A stretch of DNA of 32,000 nucleotides from assembly GCF_001644705.1 (NCBI RefSeq), contig NZ_CP015137.1, positions 4,887,834-4,919,833 on the forward strand, written 5' to 3'. The translations under genes and the position numbers were made by a program. Shown here piece by piece: positions 8,507 to 18,054 of the stretch; positions within the stretch are counted from its first letter, which is position 1; the number at the start of each line of letters is the position of its first letter. The DNA is from Dickeya solani IPO 2222 (GTDB lineage: Bacteria; Pseudomonadota; Gammaproteobacteria; Enterobacterales; Enterobacteriaceae). The notes below the pieces were generated by a model. It ran no database searches. It worked only from the letters and a program-made list of their open reading frames with translations, and was not told the origin of the DNA.

Positions 8507-10528
8507 TTACTGCGGCTTCGGTTCCTGTTTAGACAGGTCTTCCGCAATCTGGACGGTTTCATTCAGATAGGCGTCAGGATCCTGATAATCCTTCGGCAAA
8601 TCATCCAGCGTTTTCAACGGCGGTTTGCCCTGACGCTTCAATCGATCGTTGATGCGCTGCAGGCGCGTAGCCTCGTCTTCGTTGTTTTCTTTCTGGCGCT
8701 GGGCCAGATTCAGCGATACATGATTACGCTTCTCTTTCATCTCCTGATACCGGGCCACATCCTGCTGGATGTACTGGAACTCCGGATCCTTGGCGATGCG
8801 TGCGTTATGCTGCTCGCTCAGTCCTGGCAACAGCGGTTTCATGTCGCCCATCAGCGTATAGCTGGCCGGCTTGATGCTGTCCCACGGCAAGGCGTTGTCT
8901 TCAAACTTCTCGCCGGTATCGACCATCTCGTTGCCGGTCGGCATCACGATATCAGGTGTGACACCTTTACGCTGGGTGCTGCCGCCGTTGATACGATAGA
9001 ACTTCTGGATGGTGTATTGCACCGAACCCAGCGCCGGCCAATCCGGGCGCAGCATCTGATCGTAAATACGGTTGAGAGAACGGTATTGTTGCACGGTACC
9101 TTTGCCGAAGGTCGGCTCACCGACAATCAGCGCACGGCCGTAATCCTGCATCGCCGCGGCGAAAATCTCCGACGCCGAGGCGCTAAAGCGATCAACCAGC
9201 ACCACCAACGGACCTTTGTAATAGATAGTGTCGTCGGTGTCGCTGTCTTCACGCACTTTGCCGTTGTTGTCGCGCACCTGCACTACCGGCCCGGTGGGAA
9301 TGAACAGCCCCGACAGGCTGACCGCTTCCGTCAGCGCGCCGCCGCCGTTGCCGCGCAGGTCAATGATGATGCTGCTGACATGTTCTTTCTCCAGCTTCTG
9401 CAACTGCACTTTCACATCATCCGTCAACCCAACGTAGAAACCGGGGATATCCAGCACGCCGACCTTGTCTTTGCCCGCGTCCTTGATCGACATTTTCACC
9501 GCGCGATCTTCCAGCCGGATACGTTCACGGGTCAAAGTCATGGTTTGCGTTTTGGTACCTTTACCTGCCGGCAGCACTTCCAGACGCACCTTGCTGCCTT
9601 TCGGTCCCTTGATCAACGCCACCACGTCATCCAGACGCCAGCCGATCACATCCACCATCGGCTTGCCGGCCTGACCGACGCCCACGATGCGATCGCCAAC
9701 GCTGATGCGTTTGCTTTTCGCCGCCGGACCGCCCGGCACCATGGAGTTGATCACGGTGTAATCTTCATCCATTTGCAGCACCGCGCCGATACCTTCCAGC
9801 GACAGGCTCATCTCGGTATTGAACTGCTCGGTATTGCGCGGCGACAGATAACTGGTGTGCGGATCGATTTCCCGCGCGAAGGCGTTCATGGTCAACTGAA
9901 ACACGTCTTCGCTGTTGCTCTGCACCAGACGGCGAATCGCAAACTGATAACGTTTGGTCAGCGTTTCCTTGATTTCCGCATCGGTCTTGCCGGTCAGTTT
10001 CAGGCTCAGCCAGTCGTATTTGACTTTGGCATCCCACAACGCGTTGAGCTCATCCACGTTTTGCGGCCAGGGTGCCTTGGCGCGATCGAGATCGATAGCA
10101 TCGTTGCCGTTCAGGCTGACCGGTTTTTCCAGCAGCGTCAGCGCGTACTGGTAACGTTCGAAACGGCGTTTCTGAGCCAGGTTGTACATTGCGTACGGCA
10201 GGCTGAGTTTGCCGTTTTTCAGATCGTCGCCCAACTCGCCTTTCTGACCGGAAAACTGCGCTACATCGGAAGCCAGCAGCACGTTATGGCTGTAATCCAG
10301 CATGTTGAGGTAACGATCAAAAATCTTGCCGGAAAACTGCGCATCCAGCATGAACTGGCGATAGTGGGAACGCAGAAACCGCGACGCGACGCGTTCGCTA
10401 ACGGTGGAATGCTGCGCTTCCGGCTGTAATTGGGGGATTTGATCCGCGCGGGTGATATTCTCACTGGCAAAACTGCATCCAGACAGCAAAAGCCAGATTA
10501 AAGCCGCTGCTTTGACAAATTTGTTCAT
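8507..10528 (-). CDS. prc: Tail-specific (C-terminal processing) periplasmic protease Prc
   Basis: 673 aa with a lipoprotein-like signal (LLSGCSFA). The body is PDZ plus S41 peptidase. The RBS is GGAGG. It lies immediately downstream of proQ, as in E. coli. Confidence 0.93.
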   Translation of the reverse strand: MNKFVKAAALIWLLLSGCSFASENITRADQIPQLQPEAQHSTVSERVASRFLRSHYRQFMLDAQFSGKIFDRYLNMLDYSHNVLLASDVAQFSGQKGELGDDLKNGKLSLPYAMYNLAQKRRFERYQYALTLLEKPVSLNGNDAIDLDRAKAPWPQNVDELNALWDAKVKYDWLSLKLTGKTDAEIKETLTKRYQFAIRRLVQSNSEDVFQLTMNAFAREIDPHTSYLSPRNTEQFNTEMSLSLEGIGAVLQMDEDYTVINSMVPGGPAAKSKRISVGDRIVGVGQAGKPMVDVIGWRLDDVVALIKGPKGSKVRLEVLPAGKGTKTQTMTLTRERIRLEDRAVKMSIKDAGKDKVGVLDIPGFYVGLTDDVKVQLQKLEKEHVSSIIIDLRGNGGGALTEAVSLSGLFIPTGPVVQVRDNNGKVREDSDTDDTIYYKGPLVVLVDRFSASASEIFAAAMQDYGRALIVGEPTFGKGTVQQYRSLNRIYDQMLRPDWPALGSVQYTIQKFYRINGGSTQRKGVTPDIVMPTGNEMVDTGEKFEDNALPWDSIKPASYTLMGDMKPLLPGLSEQHNARIAKDPEFQYIQQDVARYQEMKEKRNHVSLNLAQRQKENNEDEATRLQRINDRLKRQGKPPLKTLDDLPKDYQDPDAYLNETVQIAEDLSKQEPKPQ

Positions 10529-10547
10529 GCCCAGGTTGGCCTCCGTA

Positions 10548-11279
10548 TCAGAACTGCAAATGTTCTGCGCGTACGATCATCGCCAGACCGGAAGCCAGTT
10601 GTACCCTGACTCCATCTTTGGCGATCTCAAGCACAGTGGCATCCATGGCGCTTTTGCCAGCCCTGACTTTGATTTCCTGGCCGATTTGCAGGCTGGAAAT
10701 ATCTGTCACCGCTTGCCGTTCCGGTTGCACCGCTCGGGCCACTTTGGGCTGACGGGGTTGGGATTTTTCGGATGACGGAGACGCGGCATGTGCGGAACGG
10801 GAAGAAGCAGGACGCGGCTTGCGCGGCGCGGCACCGGCGGCATCACGCTCACGACGCGGGGCATTTCTGCCGGCAGTCGGACGCGGACGGGACGGTTCGG
10901 CTTCGCCGGACTCGCGTTTCTTCGCCTGTTGCTCCGCCCGCTGGGCCTGAACACGGGCTTTGGCTTCTTCCAGCTGCTTGCGCGCATGTTCTACATGCTG
11001 CTGCTCAAGTTCGCCGCACGAATTGCCATCAAGATCGACACGCTGGGCGCCCAGTTTGACGCCATACAGATAGCGCCAGCTTGAAGTGTAAAGACGGAGT
11101 GCGGAACGCAGCTGCGTCTTGCTGACGTGTTCGGAGTCGGACACGCGTTCGACCAGATCCTGAAAAATACCAATCTTTAACGGACGCGCTTCGCCTTCAA
11201 GTGTGAAACAGAGCGGAAAACGCTCTGCCAGATAGGCGATCACTTCTTTACTACTGTTCAACTTAGGTTGATTTTCCAT
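10548..11279 (-). CDS. proQ: RNA chaperone ProQ
   Basis: 243 aa. The N-terminal FinO-like domain is [25 protein letters not shown], followed by a basic Arg/Pro/Ala-rich linker and a Tudor-like C-terminus. Confidence 0.93.
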   Translation of the reverse strand: MENQPKLNSSKEVIAYLAERFPLCFTLEGEARPLKIGIFQDLVERVSDSEHVSKTQLRSALRLYTSSWRYLYGVKLGAQRVDLDGNSCGELEQQHVEHARKQLEEAKARVQAQRAEQQAKKRESGEAEPSRPRPTAGRNAPRRERDAAGAAPRKPRPASSRSAHAASPSSEKSQPRQPKVARAVQPERQAVTDISSLQIGQEIKVRAGKSAMDATVLEIAKDGVRVQLASGLAMIVRAEHLQF

Positions 11280-11363
11280 GAAATTTCCTGATTACAACGG
11301 GTTTGCCAACCAGCGCAGGCATGAACAGGCGTCATTATAATGACGCCATCGGCAATTGCTACG

Positions 11364-11870
11364 TTATCCTTGTCGCAACGTAAGAGAATTGATGAAAGTC
11401 AGCACGTCGCTCTGTGACAACTGACGGCATAGCGCGGCCGTCACAGCATTCAGCCCGTCTTCGTCCACGGCATCAAAACGGTGATGAATAGTGCTGTCGA
11501 TATCCAGTACGCCAATCAGCCGCCCGTCGACCGTCAGCGGTAATACAATTTCGGCATTGCTGGCGGCGTCGCAGGCGATATGACCGGGAAATTCATGCAC
11601 ATCGCCGACCCGCTGCACGCGGTTTTCCGCGACCGCCCGACCACAGACCCCTTTTCCCGCCGGAATACGCACGCAGGCCGGGCGCCCCTGAAACGGCCCC
11701 AGAAACAACGTATCGTCGTCCAGCAGGTAAAAGCCGGCCCAATTCACACCATCCAGTCGTTCAAACAGTAACGCGCTGCTGTTTGATAATATCGTGATGA
11801 AGCGATCTTCACCGGCAATCAGCGCCGTCAGATCACGCACCAGCTCATCGTAGAATTGTTCTTTTTTCAT
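11364..11870 (-). CDS. msrC: Free methionine-(R)-sulfoxide reductase, GAF domain (MsrC/YebR)
   Basis: I chose the ATG at 11870 (MKKEQFYDEL), which aligns with E. coli YebR (MNKTEFYADL). Conserved segments include NWAGFYLL, CVRIP.GKGVCG and GHIACDAASN.EIVLPL. Confidence 0.88.
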   Translation of the reverse strand: MKKEQFYDELVRDLTALIAGEDRFITILSNSSALLFERLDGVNWAGFYLLDDDTLFLGPFQGRPACVRIPAGKGVCGRAVAENRVQRVGDVHEFPGHIACDAASNAEIVLPLTVDGRLIGVLDIDSTIHHRFDAVDEDGLNAVTAALCRQLSQSDVLTFINSLTLRQG

Positions 11871-12185
11871 AGCTTGCAATAGGCAGAATTGTCTTTACGG
11901 ACCGCCTGACGGCTGACGCCCGCAGCACATTAATAAATTTTCGGATCAGGATGCTACAGGATTTCTCTTGTTAGCCCAACCTTCACCGCACAGCGCTGTC
12001 ACAGGACAGCGGTTTATACCTTTTCGCCTGGCATCCTGTCGTTGCCGTGCGGGCTACCGCCTGGTGACGCCATCAATGTCGACTGACCATCAATGTCAAC
12101 GGACAAGGTTAGCAGTGATTTTGTGTCGTTCATCATTCAGTTACACTATGATAATACCTGTCCTGTTAACCTGCCCGCAGGAAAT

Positions 12186-13424
12186 ATGAAAATTTATAAC
12201 GCCGCACCGTCCGCCGAGCCGGCTGATTCGCCGCTTGCCGTGCCGCGGCGTCTTCAACGTTGCCCACAATGCGACCTGCTGTTCACGCTGCCCCGGCTCA
12301 AACGCCATCAGCACGGCCACTGTCCGCGCTGCGCGGCGCATATTGGCAGCGGCCGCGACTGGCCGATTGCCCGACTGGTGGCGATGGCGCTCGCCATGCT
12401 GGTGCTGATGCCCTTCGCCTATACCGAACCGCTGATCAATATTCGGCTGCTGGGGGTGTCTATCAACGCCAGCCTGCTGGAAGGCATCTGGCAAATGACC
12501 CGTCAGGGTCACCCGGTCACCGCCAGCATAGTGGCGTTTTGTATCATCGGCGCACCCGTGACGCTGGTATTCGCCCTGCTATACCTGTTTTTCGCCCCCC
12601 GGGTCGGCATGAACCTGCGCCCGGTGCTGTTGCTGTTTGAGCGTCTGAAAGAGTGGGTCATGCTGGATGTGTATCTGGTCGGTCTGGCGGTCGCCTCGAT
12701 TAAGGTCCGCGAGTTTTCCGAGGTGCTGCCCGGCAACGGGCTGCTGGCGTTTCTGGCGCTGATGTTGCTCAGTCTGCTGACCCTGATTCACCTTAATCCC
12801 GAACAGCTCTGGCAACGCTTCTATCCGCAACGCGCCTGCCCGGCCTCGCCGCAGGCGCTGGTCTGTCTGTCCTGCCGTTTTACCGGCGCGCCGGACGACC
12901 CGGGCCGCTGTCGTCGCTGTCACGTACCGCTGACGCTGCGCCGCGCTTATAGTCTGCAGAAATCCTGGGCCGCGCTGATTGCCTCCGTAATCCTGCTGTT
13001 CCCCGCCAATCTGCTGCCGATATCGGTGATTTACGTCAACGGCGTTCGTCGGGAAGACACGATTTTTTCAGGAATTATGTCGCTGGCCGCCGGAAATGTC
13101 CCCGTGGCACTGGTGGTTTTTGTCGCCAGTATTCTGGTGCCGTTCAGCAAGGTGTTAATCACCTCAACCTTGCTGCTCAGTATTCATTTTCGGGTCAGGC
13201 ACAGTCTGATAACGCGCATGCGGTTGCTGCGCCTCATGACCTGGATCGGGCGCTGGTCGATGCTCGATCTGTTCGTGATCGCCCTGACCATGTCGCTGGT
13301 TAACCGCGACCAATTGCTGGCTTTTACCATGGGACCGGCAGCGTTCTATTTTGGCGCCGCCGTTATTCTGACAATATTGTCTGTCGAGTGGCTGGATAGC
13401 CGACTGATGTGGGATAACGATTAA
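12186..13424 (+). CDS. letA: PqiA-family inner-membrane protein LetA (YebS)
   Basis: Start chosen at the ATG at 12186 with AGGA upstream. It has two CxxC-containing PqiA repeats (CPQCD...CPRC and CLSC...CRRC) and multiple TM segments. letB follows directly. Confidence 0.85.
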   Translation: MKIYNAAPSAEPADSPLAVPRRLQRCPQCDLLFTLPRLKRHQHGHCPRCAAHIGSGRDWPIARLVAMALAMLVLMPFAYTEPLINIRLLGVSINASLLEGIWQMTRQGHPVTASIVAFCIIGAPVTLVFALLYLFFAPRVGMNLRPVLLLFERLKEWVMLDVYLVGLAVASIKVREFSEVLPGNGLLAFLALMLLSLLTLIHLNPEQLWQRFYPQRACPASPQALVCLSCRFTGAPDDPGRCRRCHVPLTLRRAYSLQKSWAALIASVILLFPANLLPISVIYVNGVRREDTIFSGIMSLAAGNVPVALVVFVASILVPFSKVLITSTLLLSIHFRVRHSLITRMRLLRLMTWIGRWSMLDLFVIALTMSLVNRDQLLAFTMGPAAFYFGAAVILTILSVEWLDSRLMWDND

Positions 13425-13440
13425 TAGTCGTAGGATAACA

Positions 13441-16071
13441 ATGCATAACCAAACGCCGATGACACCAACTGAAGCCAACGTCAAAACCCGGCGACGCCTG
13501 TCGCCATTCTGGCTGCTTCCTTTTATCGCCCTGCTGATCGCCGGCTGGCTGCTCTACACCAACCAGCAGGAACGCGGCGCGACGGTGACCATCGATTTCG
13601 TGTCGGCGGACGGTATCGTCCCCGGCCGCACGCCGGTGCGCTATCAGGGCGTCGAGATCGGCACCGTGCGCAACATTAAACTCAGCGATGATTTGCGCAC
13701 CATTCAGGTTATCGCCAGCATTCGCAACGACATGAAAGAGGCGCTGCGCAGCGGCACCCAGTTCTGGCTGGTCACCCCCAAAGCGTCGCTGGCAGGCGTA
13801 TCCGGTCTGGATGCGCTGGTCGGCGGCAACTACATCGGCATGCTGCCCGGCGGCGGCGACCCCGTCAGTCACTTCACCGCCCAGGACACGCAGCCCAAAT
13901 ACCGCGTTAACAGCGGCGAATTGATGATACATCTGCGCGCCGACGATCTGGGCTCGCTGAACGCCGGTTCGCTGGTCTATTTTCGTAAAATGCCGGTAGG
14001 GAAAGTCTACGATTACAGCATCAACCCCGATCACAACGGTGTGATGATCGATGTGTTGATCGACCGCCGTTTTACCGGGCTGGTGAAAAAGAACAGTCGT
14101 TTCTGGAACGTGTCCGGGCTAAAAGCCGACGTCAGCCTCAGCGGCGCGACCGTCGAAATGCAGAACCTGTCCACGCTGGTCAACGGCGCCATCGCGTTCG
14201 ACTCACCTGAGCAGGGGGAAGCGGCCGCCGCCGACCAGAATTACGCCCTGTACCCGGACCTGGCGAGCAGCCAGCGCGGCGTACAGATCACGCTGGATCT
14301 GCCTTCCGGCGATAAACTGCGGGCCGGGCATACGCCGCTGCTGTATCAGGGGCTGGAAGTGGGCACGCTGCAACGTATCGCGCTGGAGGCGGATCAGCGC
14401 GTCACCGGAGAGTTGATTGTCGACCCGTCGGTGGTGCCGCTGATGCGGGAAAACACCCGCATCGAACTGGCCGCGCCGCGTCTGTCGCTGAGCGACCTCA
14501 ACCTGCCTAGTCTGCTGGGCGGCACCACCCTGACGCTGATCCCCGGCGATGGCGAGCCGAAGCAGCATTTCACCGTGCCTGACGCCACCCAACAGCAGTT
14601 GCAGCAGCCCGGCGCGCTCACCGTTGAACTGACCGCCAGCCAGAGTTACGGCATCGACAGCGGCCAGCCGGTTATCCTGCACGGCGTGCAAATCGGCCGG
14701 ATTGTTCAGCGCGCGTTAACCGATAACGGCGTCAGTTTTACCGCCGTTATCGATCGTCAGTACCGTCATCTGTTGCATAAAGACAGTCAGTTCATCGCCA
14801 GCAGCCGGGTCAACGTCAAACTGGGACTGGACGGCGTTCAGGTTCTGGGCGCCAGCGCCCAGGAGTGGCTGAGCGGCGGCGTGACGGTGCTGCCGGGACG
14901 TACCGGCGACGCCCAACCGCGTTATCCGCTCTACAGCGATCGGGAAAAGGCCGGCGCCGGGATTCAGGGCGTTACCCCGCCCACCACCCTGACGCTGCTG
15001 ACCGACAGCCTGCCGGACATTCAGGAAGGCTCGGTGGTGCTGTACCGCAAGTTTCAGGTGGGTGAAATCACCCGTATTCGCCCGAAAGCCGATGCCTTCG
15101 AAATCGATGTGTATGTCCGGCCGGAATACCGCAACCTATTGACTGACAACAGTGTGTTCTGGGCGGAAGGCGGTGCGCGCGTGCAACTCAGCGGCGCCGG
15201 GCTGACCGTACAGGCCTCCCCGCTCAGCCGGGCGCTGAAAGGCGCCATCAGTTTCGATAATGTGGACGGCGCCGCCGACGTACAGGGCGGCAAACGTCCG
15301 TTATACAGCAATGAAACCGCCGCACGGGCAATTGGCAGTCGGATCACGTTGCGTACCTACGACGCCAGCAAACTCTCCGCCGGGATGCCGATTCGTTATC
15401 TCGGCATCGATATCGGTCAACTGGAATCGCTGAAACTGGCGGAACAGCGGGATGAAGTCTTGGTGCAGGCGGTACTGTACCCGGAATATGTCCGCAACTT
15501 CGCCCGCGCCGGCACCCGCTTCTCGGTAGTAACGCCCGAGATTTCCGCCGCCGGGGTCAACCATCTGGAGACCCTGATCCAGCCCTATATCAATGTCGAG
15601 GCGGGCAGTGGCGTGTTTACCCGCAGCTTTGAACTGCAAAAAGCCACCATTTCCGACTCCCGCTATCAGGATGGGCTGAATATCAGCGTTGATACCGCCG
15701 AAGCCGGGTCGTTACAGGTTGGCACCCCGGTGCTGTTCCGCGGGATTGAGGTCGGCACGGTGACAGGCCTGTCGCTTGGGTCCTTGTCCGACCGGGTATC
15801 GGTGGCGCTACGCATCAGCAAACGCCACGCCCATCTGGTGCGCGACAATTCGGTGTTCTGGCTGGCCTCCGGCTATAACCTGCAGTTTGGCCTGACCGGC
15901 GGCGTGATCAAAAGCGGAACCTTCCAGCAATTTATCCGCGGCGGCATCGCTTTCGCCACGCCGCCGGCTACCCCGCTTTCGCCCGCGGCGCAGGCCGGCA
16001 AACATTTCCTGCTGCACGGCGAAGAGCCTGGCGGCTGGCGCGACTGGGGAACCGCGCTGCCGGAACGATAG
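13441..16071 (+). CDS. letB: Multi-MCE-domain envelope-spanning lipid tunnel protein LetB (YebT)
   Basis: 876 aa with an N-terminal TM and repeated MCE-like modules. The size matches E. coli YebT. Synteny is yebS-yebT-yebU. Confidence 0.88.
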   Translation: MHNQTPMTPTEANVKTRRRLSPFWLLPFIALLIAGWLLYTNQQERGATVTIDFVSADGIVPGRTPVRYQGVEIGTVRNIKLSDDLRTIQVIASIRNDMKEALRSGTQFWLVTPKASLAGVSGLDALVGGNYIGMLPGGGDPVSHFTAQDTQPKYRVNSGELMIHLRADDLGSLNAGSLVYFRKMPVGKVYDYSINPDHNGVMIDVLIDRRFTGLVKKNSRFWNVSGLKADVSLSGATVEMQNLSTLVNGAIAFDSPEQGEAAAADQNYALYPDLASSQRGVQITLDLPSGDKLRAGHTPLLYQGLEVGTLQRIALEADQRVTGELIVDPSVVPLMRENTRIELAAPRLSLSDLNLPSLLGGTTLTLIPGDGEPKQHFTVPDATQQQLQQPGALTVELTASQSYGIDSGQPVILHGVQIGRIVQRALTDNGVSFTAVIDRQYRHLLHKDSQFIASSRVNVKLGLDGVQVLGASAQEWLSGGVTVLPGRTGDAQPRYPLYSDREKAGAGIQGVTPPTTLTLLTDSLPDIQEGSVVLYRKFQVGEITRIRPKADAFEIDVYVRPEYRNLLTDNSVFWAEGGARVQLSGAGLTVQASPLSRALKGAISFDNVDGAADVQGGKRPLYSNETAARAIGSRITLRTYDASKLSAGMPIRYLGIDIGQLESLKLAEQRDEVLVQAVLYPEYVRNFARAGTRFSVVTPEISAAGVNHLETLIQPYINVEAGSGVFTRSFELQKATISDSRYQDGLNISVDTAEAGSLQVGTPVLFRGIEVGTVTGLSLGSLSDRVSVALRISKRHAHLVRDNSVFWLASGYNLQFGLTGGVIKSGTFQQFIRGGIAFATPPATPLSPAAQAGKHFLLHGEEPGGWRDWGTALPER

Positions 16072-16083
16072 GCGTCATACCAG

Positions 16084-16111
16084 CGACTCACCGGCCGATA
16101 CCGGTGAGTCG
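16084..16111 (+). terminator. Hairpin after letB
   Basis: CGACTCACCGG, loop ccgata, CCGGTGAGTCG (11-bp stem). The T-tract is weak. Confidence 0.4.
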
Positions 16112-16180
16112 TCATCCCTTCCGGCGGTCGAGATATGGTAAGATTCGCGTCCTGATTGTAGCTGTAACGGAACCGTTTCT

Positions 16181-17629
16181 GTGGCCAAACCTATTCCCGC
16201 CTCTCTCACCTCTGATTTTCTGACCGCCATGCAAGCCATCATGCCCGCGCACCTGAGCATGGACGCATTCATCGACGCCTGCCAGCGGCCGCTGCGACGC
16301 AGCATCCGCGTTAACACCCTGAAAATCAGCGTGTCCGACTTTCTCGCGCTGGTCGCGCCCTACGGCTGGGAGCTGGAAGCCGTGCCCTGGTGCGATGAAG
16401 GATTCTGGCTGCTGAACGCGGATGAGGAAGCCATGCGGCTGGGCAACGCGCTGGAGCATCTGGCCGGCCTGTTCTACATTCAGGAAGCCAGTTCGATGTT
16501 GCCGGTCAGCGCGCTGTTCATGGGGGATGACGCCCCAGAGCGGGTGCTGGACATGGCGGCCGCCCCCGGTTCCAAAACCACCCAGATCGCCGCCCGGCTC
16601 AACAATCAGGGATTGATTGTCGCCAACGAATATTCCGCCAGCCGGGTCAAGGTACTACACGCCAACCTGCACCGTTGCGGGGTCAGCAATACCGCCCTGA
16701 CGCATTTTGACGGCCGGGTATTCGGCAACGCCCTGCCGGAAACGTTTGACGCCATCCTGCTGGACGCGCCCTGCTCCGGGGAAGGCGTGGTCAGAAAAGA
16801 TCCCGCCGCCATGAGTCACTGGTCGCTGGAGAGCATCGCCGATATCGCGGCGACCCAGCGCGAGCTGATCCTGAGCGCTTTTCATGCACTAAAACCGGGC
16901 GGCGTGCTGATTTATTCCACCTGCACCCTGAATCATCAGGAGAACCAGCATGTTTGCCGCTGGCTGATGCAGCAGTTCCCCGACGCCTGCGAGATCGAAT
17001 CGCTGCAGGATTTGTTCCCGCAAGCACAGCGCGCCATCACCGAAGACGGTTTTTTGCACGTCTTCCCGCAGATTTACGACAGCGAAGGCTTTTTTGTGGC
17101 GCGCCTGCGTAAAACCGCCAGCGTACCGCCGCTGGCGGCGCCGGATTACAAACTCGGCAAGCTGCCGTTTACCCCCCTCAGCCACAAGGATGCGCAGCTG
17201 ATTCGACAAAGCGCGCAGCGGCTGGGCCTGCAGTGGTCGGAACAACAGTTACAGTTATGGCAGCGGGACGATGAAGTCTGGTTATTTCCGGCGGCCTTGC
17301 AGCCGATGCTGGGCAAAATGCGCTTCTCCCGTATGGGCGTCAAACTGGCGGAGCGCTTTGCCAAAGGGTATCGCTGGCAGCATGAAGCCGTTGTGGCGCT
17401 GGGCAATCCTGACAACCCAAACACCTACCCGCTCAGTGCGGAGCAGGTCGTCGACTGGTTTCGCGGCAAAGACATTTATCCGCCTTCGCCCGTCAATCAC
17501 GACGAAGTTCTGCTGACCTGGCAACAGACCACGCTGGGATTGACCAAGCGTGTCGGTCAGCGTCTGAAAAACACCCTGCCTCGCGATCTGGTTCGCGATG
17601 GCGCCAACCTTATTCCCTCTATCGGATAA
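16181..17629 (+). CDS. rsmF: 16S rRNA m5C1407 methyltransferase RsmF (YebU)
   Basis: 482 aa with a GTG start. The start is supported by alignment with E. coli RsmF (…[10 protein letters not shown]...[16 protein letters not shown]). SAM-binding motifs are [10 protein letters not shown] and DAPCSGEG. Confidence 0.9.
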   Translation: MAKPIPASLTSDFLTAMQAIMPAHLSMDAFIDACQRPLRRSIRVNTLKISVSDFLALVAPYGWELEAVPWCDEGFWLLNADEEAMRLGNALEHLAGLFYIQEASSMLPVSALFMGDDAPERVLDMAAAPGSKTTQIAARLNNQGLIVANEYSASRVKVLHANLHRCGVSNTALTHFDGRVFGNALPETFDAILLDAPCSGEGVVRKDPAAMSHWSLESIADIAATQRELILSAFHALKPGGVLIYSTCTLNHQENQHVCRWLMQQFPDACEIESLQDLFPQAQRAITEDGFLHVFPQIYDSEGFFVARLRKTASVPPLAAPDYKLGKLPFTPLSHKDAQLIRQSAQRLGLQWSEQQLQLWQRDDEVWLFPAALQPMLGKMRFSRMGVKLAERFAKGYRWQHEAVVALGNPDNPNTYPLSAEQVVDWFRGKDIYPPSPVNHDEVLLTWQQTTLGLTKRVGQRLKNTLPRDLVRDGANLIPSIG

Positions 17630-17633
17630 TCTT

Positions 17634-17673
17634 TGACCGGGTCGTCGCACAGGGCGTTCCCGGTCCGTTTTTT
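17634..17673 (+). terminator. Rho-independent terminator after rsmF
   Basis: GACCGGG ... CCCGGTC, followed by CGTTTTTTT. Confidence 0.6.
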
Positions 17674-17728
17674 TCATCTACACTCACAATCAAGGCGTGG
17701 CATCAACATTCAACCTGTTGAGGAATCT

Positions 17729-17920
17729 ATGTTCGCACTGGTGATCTTTGTCTGTTACCTGGGAGGTAACTGCGAGAGTCTGGTCGCGGGAACCTATATC
17801 AACGAACCACAGTGTCTGGGTGCCATGGAGGAACAGCAAATCCGTAACGGCGGCTGTTTTCCGGTTGACGATTTTCGCAGCGGGTACTGGAAACCGGCTC
17901 GCGAGTATCGTGACCGCTAA
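17729..17920 (+). CDS. yebW: YebW-like small protein (DUF1482)
   Basis: I chose the internal ATG at 17729 with GAGGAA upstream. The 63 aa MFALVIFVCYLGGNCE...GGCFPVDDF resemble E. coli YebW (MFALVLFVCYLDGGCE...). Confidence 0.75.
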   Translation: MFALVIFVCYLGGNCESLVAGTYINEPQCLGAMEEQQIRNGGCFPVDDFRSGYWKPAREYRDR

Positions 17921-18054
17921 TCGCTGCGGTCATTCTTTCCATTTACAACCGTCACCATCTTTACAACCACAACCTTTATAACGATAACCGTTGCAACCAA
18001 TGGCAGGCAACGCCATTACAGCGACGTTGCCCAAGCAAGGTGACGGCGCTATGG

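Noticed and set aside
8720-10429. 569-aa plus-strand ORF
   Set aside because: It is entirely antisense to prc. The translation is Arg/His/Gln-rich and low-complexity with no recognisable motif. This is a typical shadow ORF in GC-rich coding DNA.
13363-14034. 223-aa minus-strand ORF
   Set aside because: It is antisense to the letA/letB junction. It has no RBS or motif, and the sense genes are well supported.
17633-17728. Upstream extension of the yebW ORF
   Set aside because: The extension overlaps the rsmF terminator. The homologous protein starts at MFALV, which has its own RBS.
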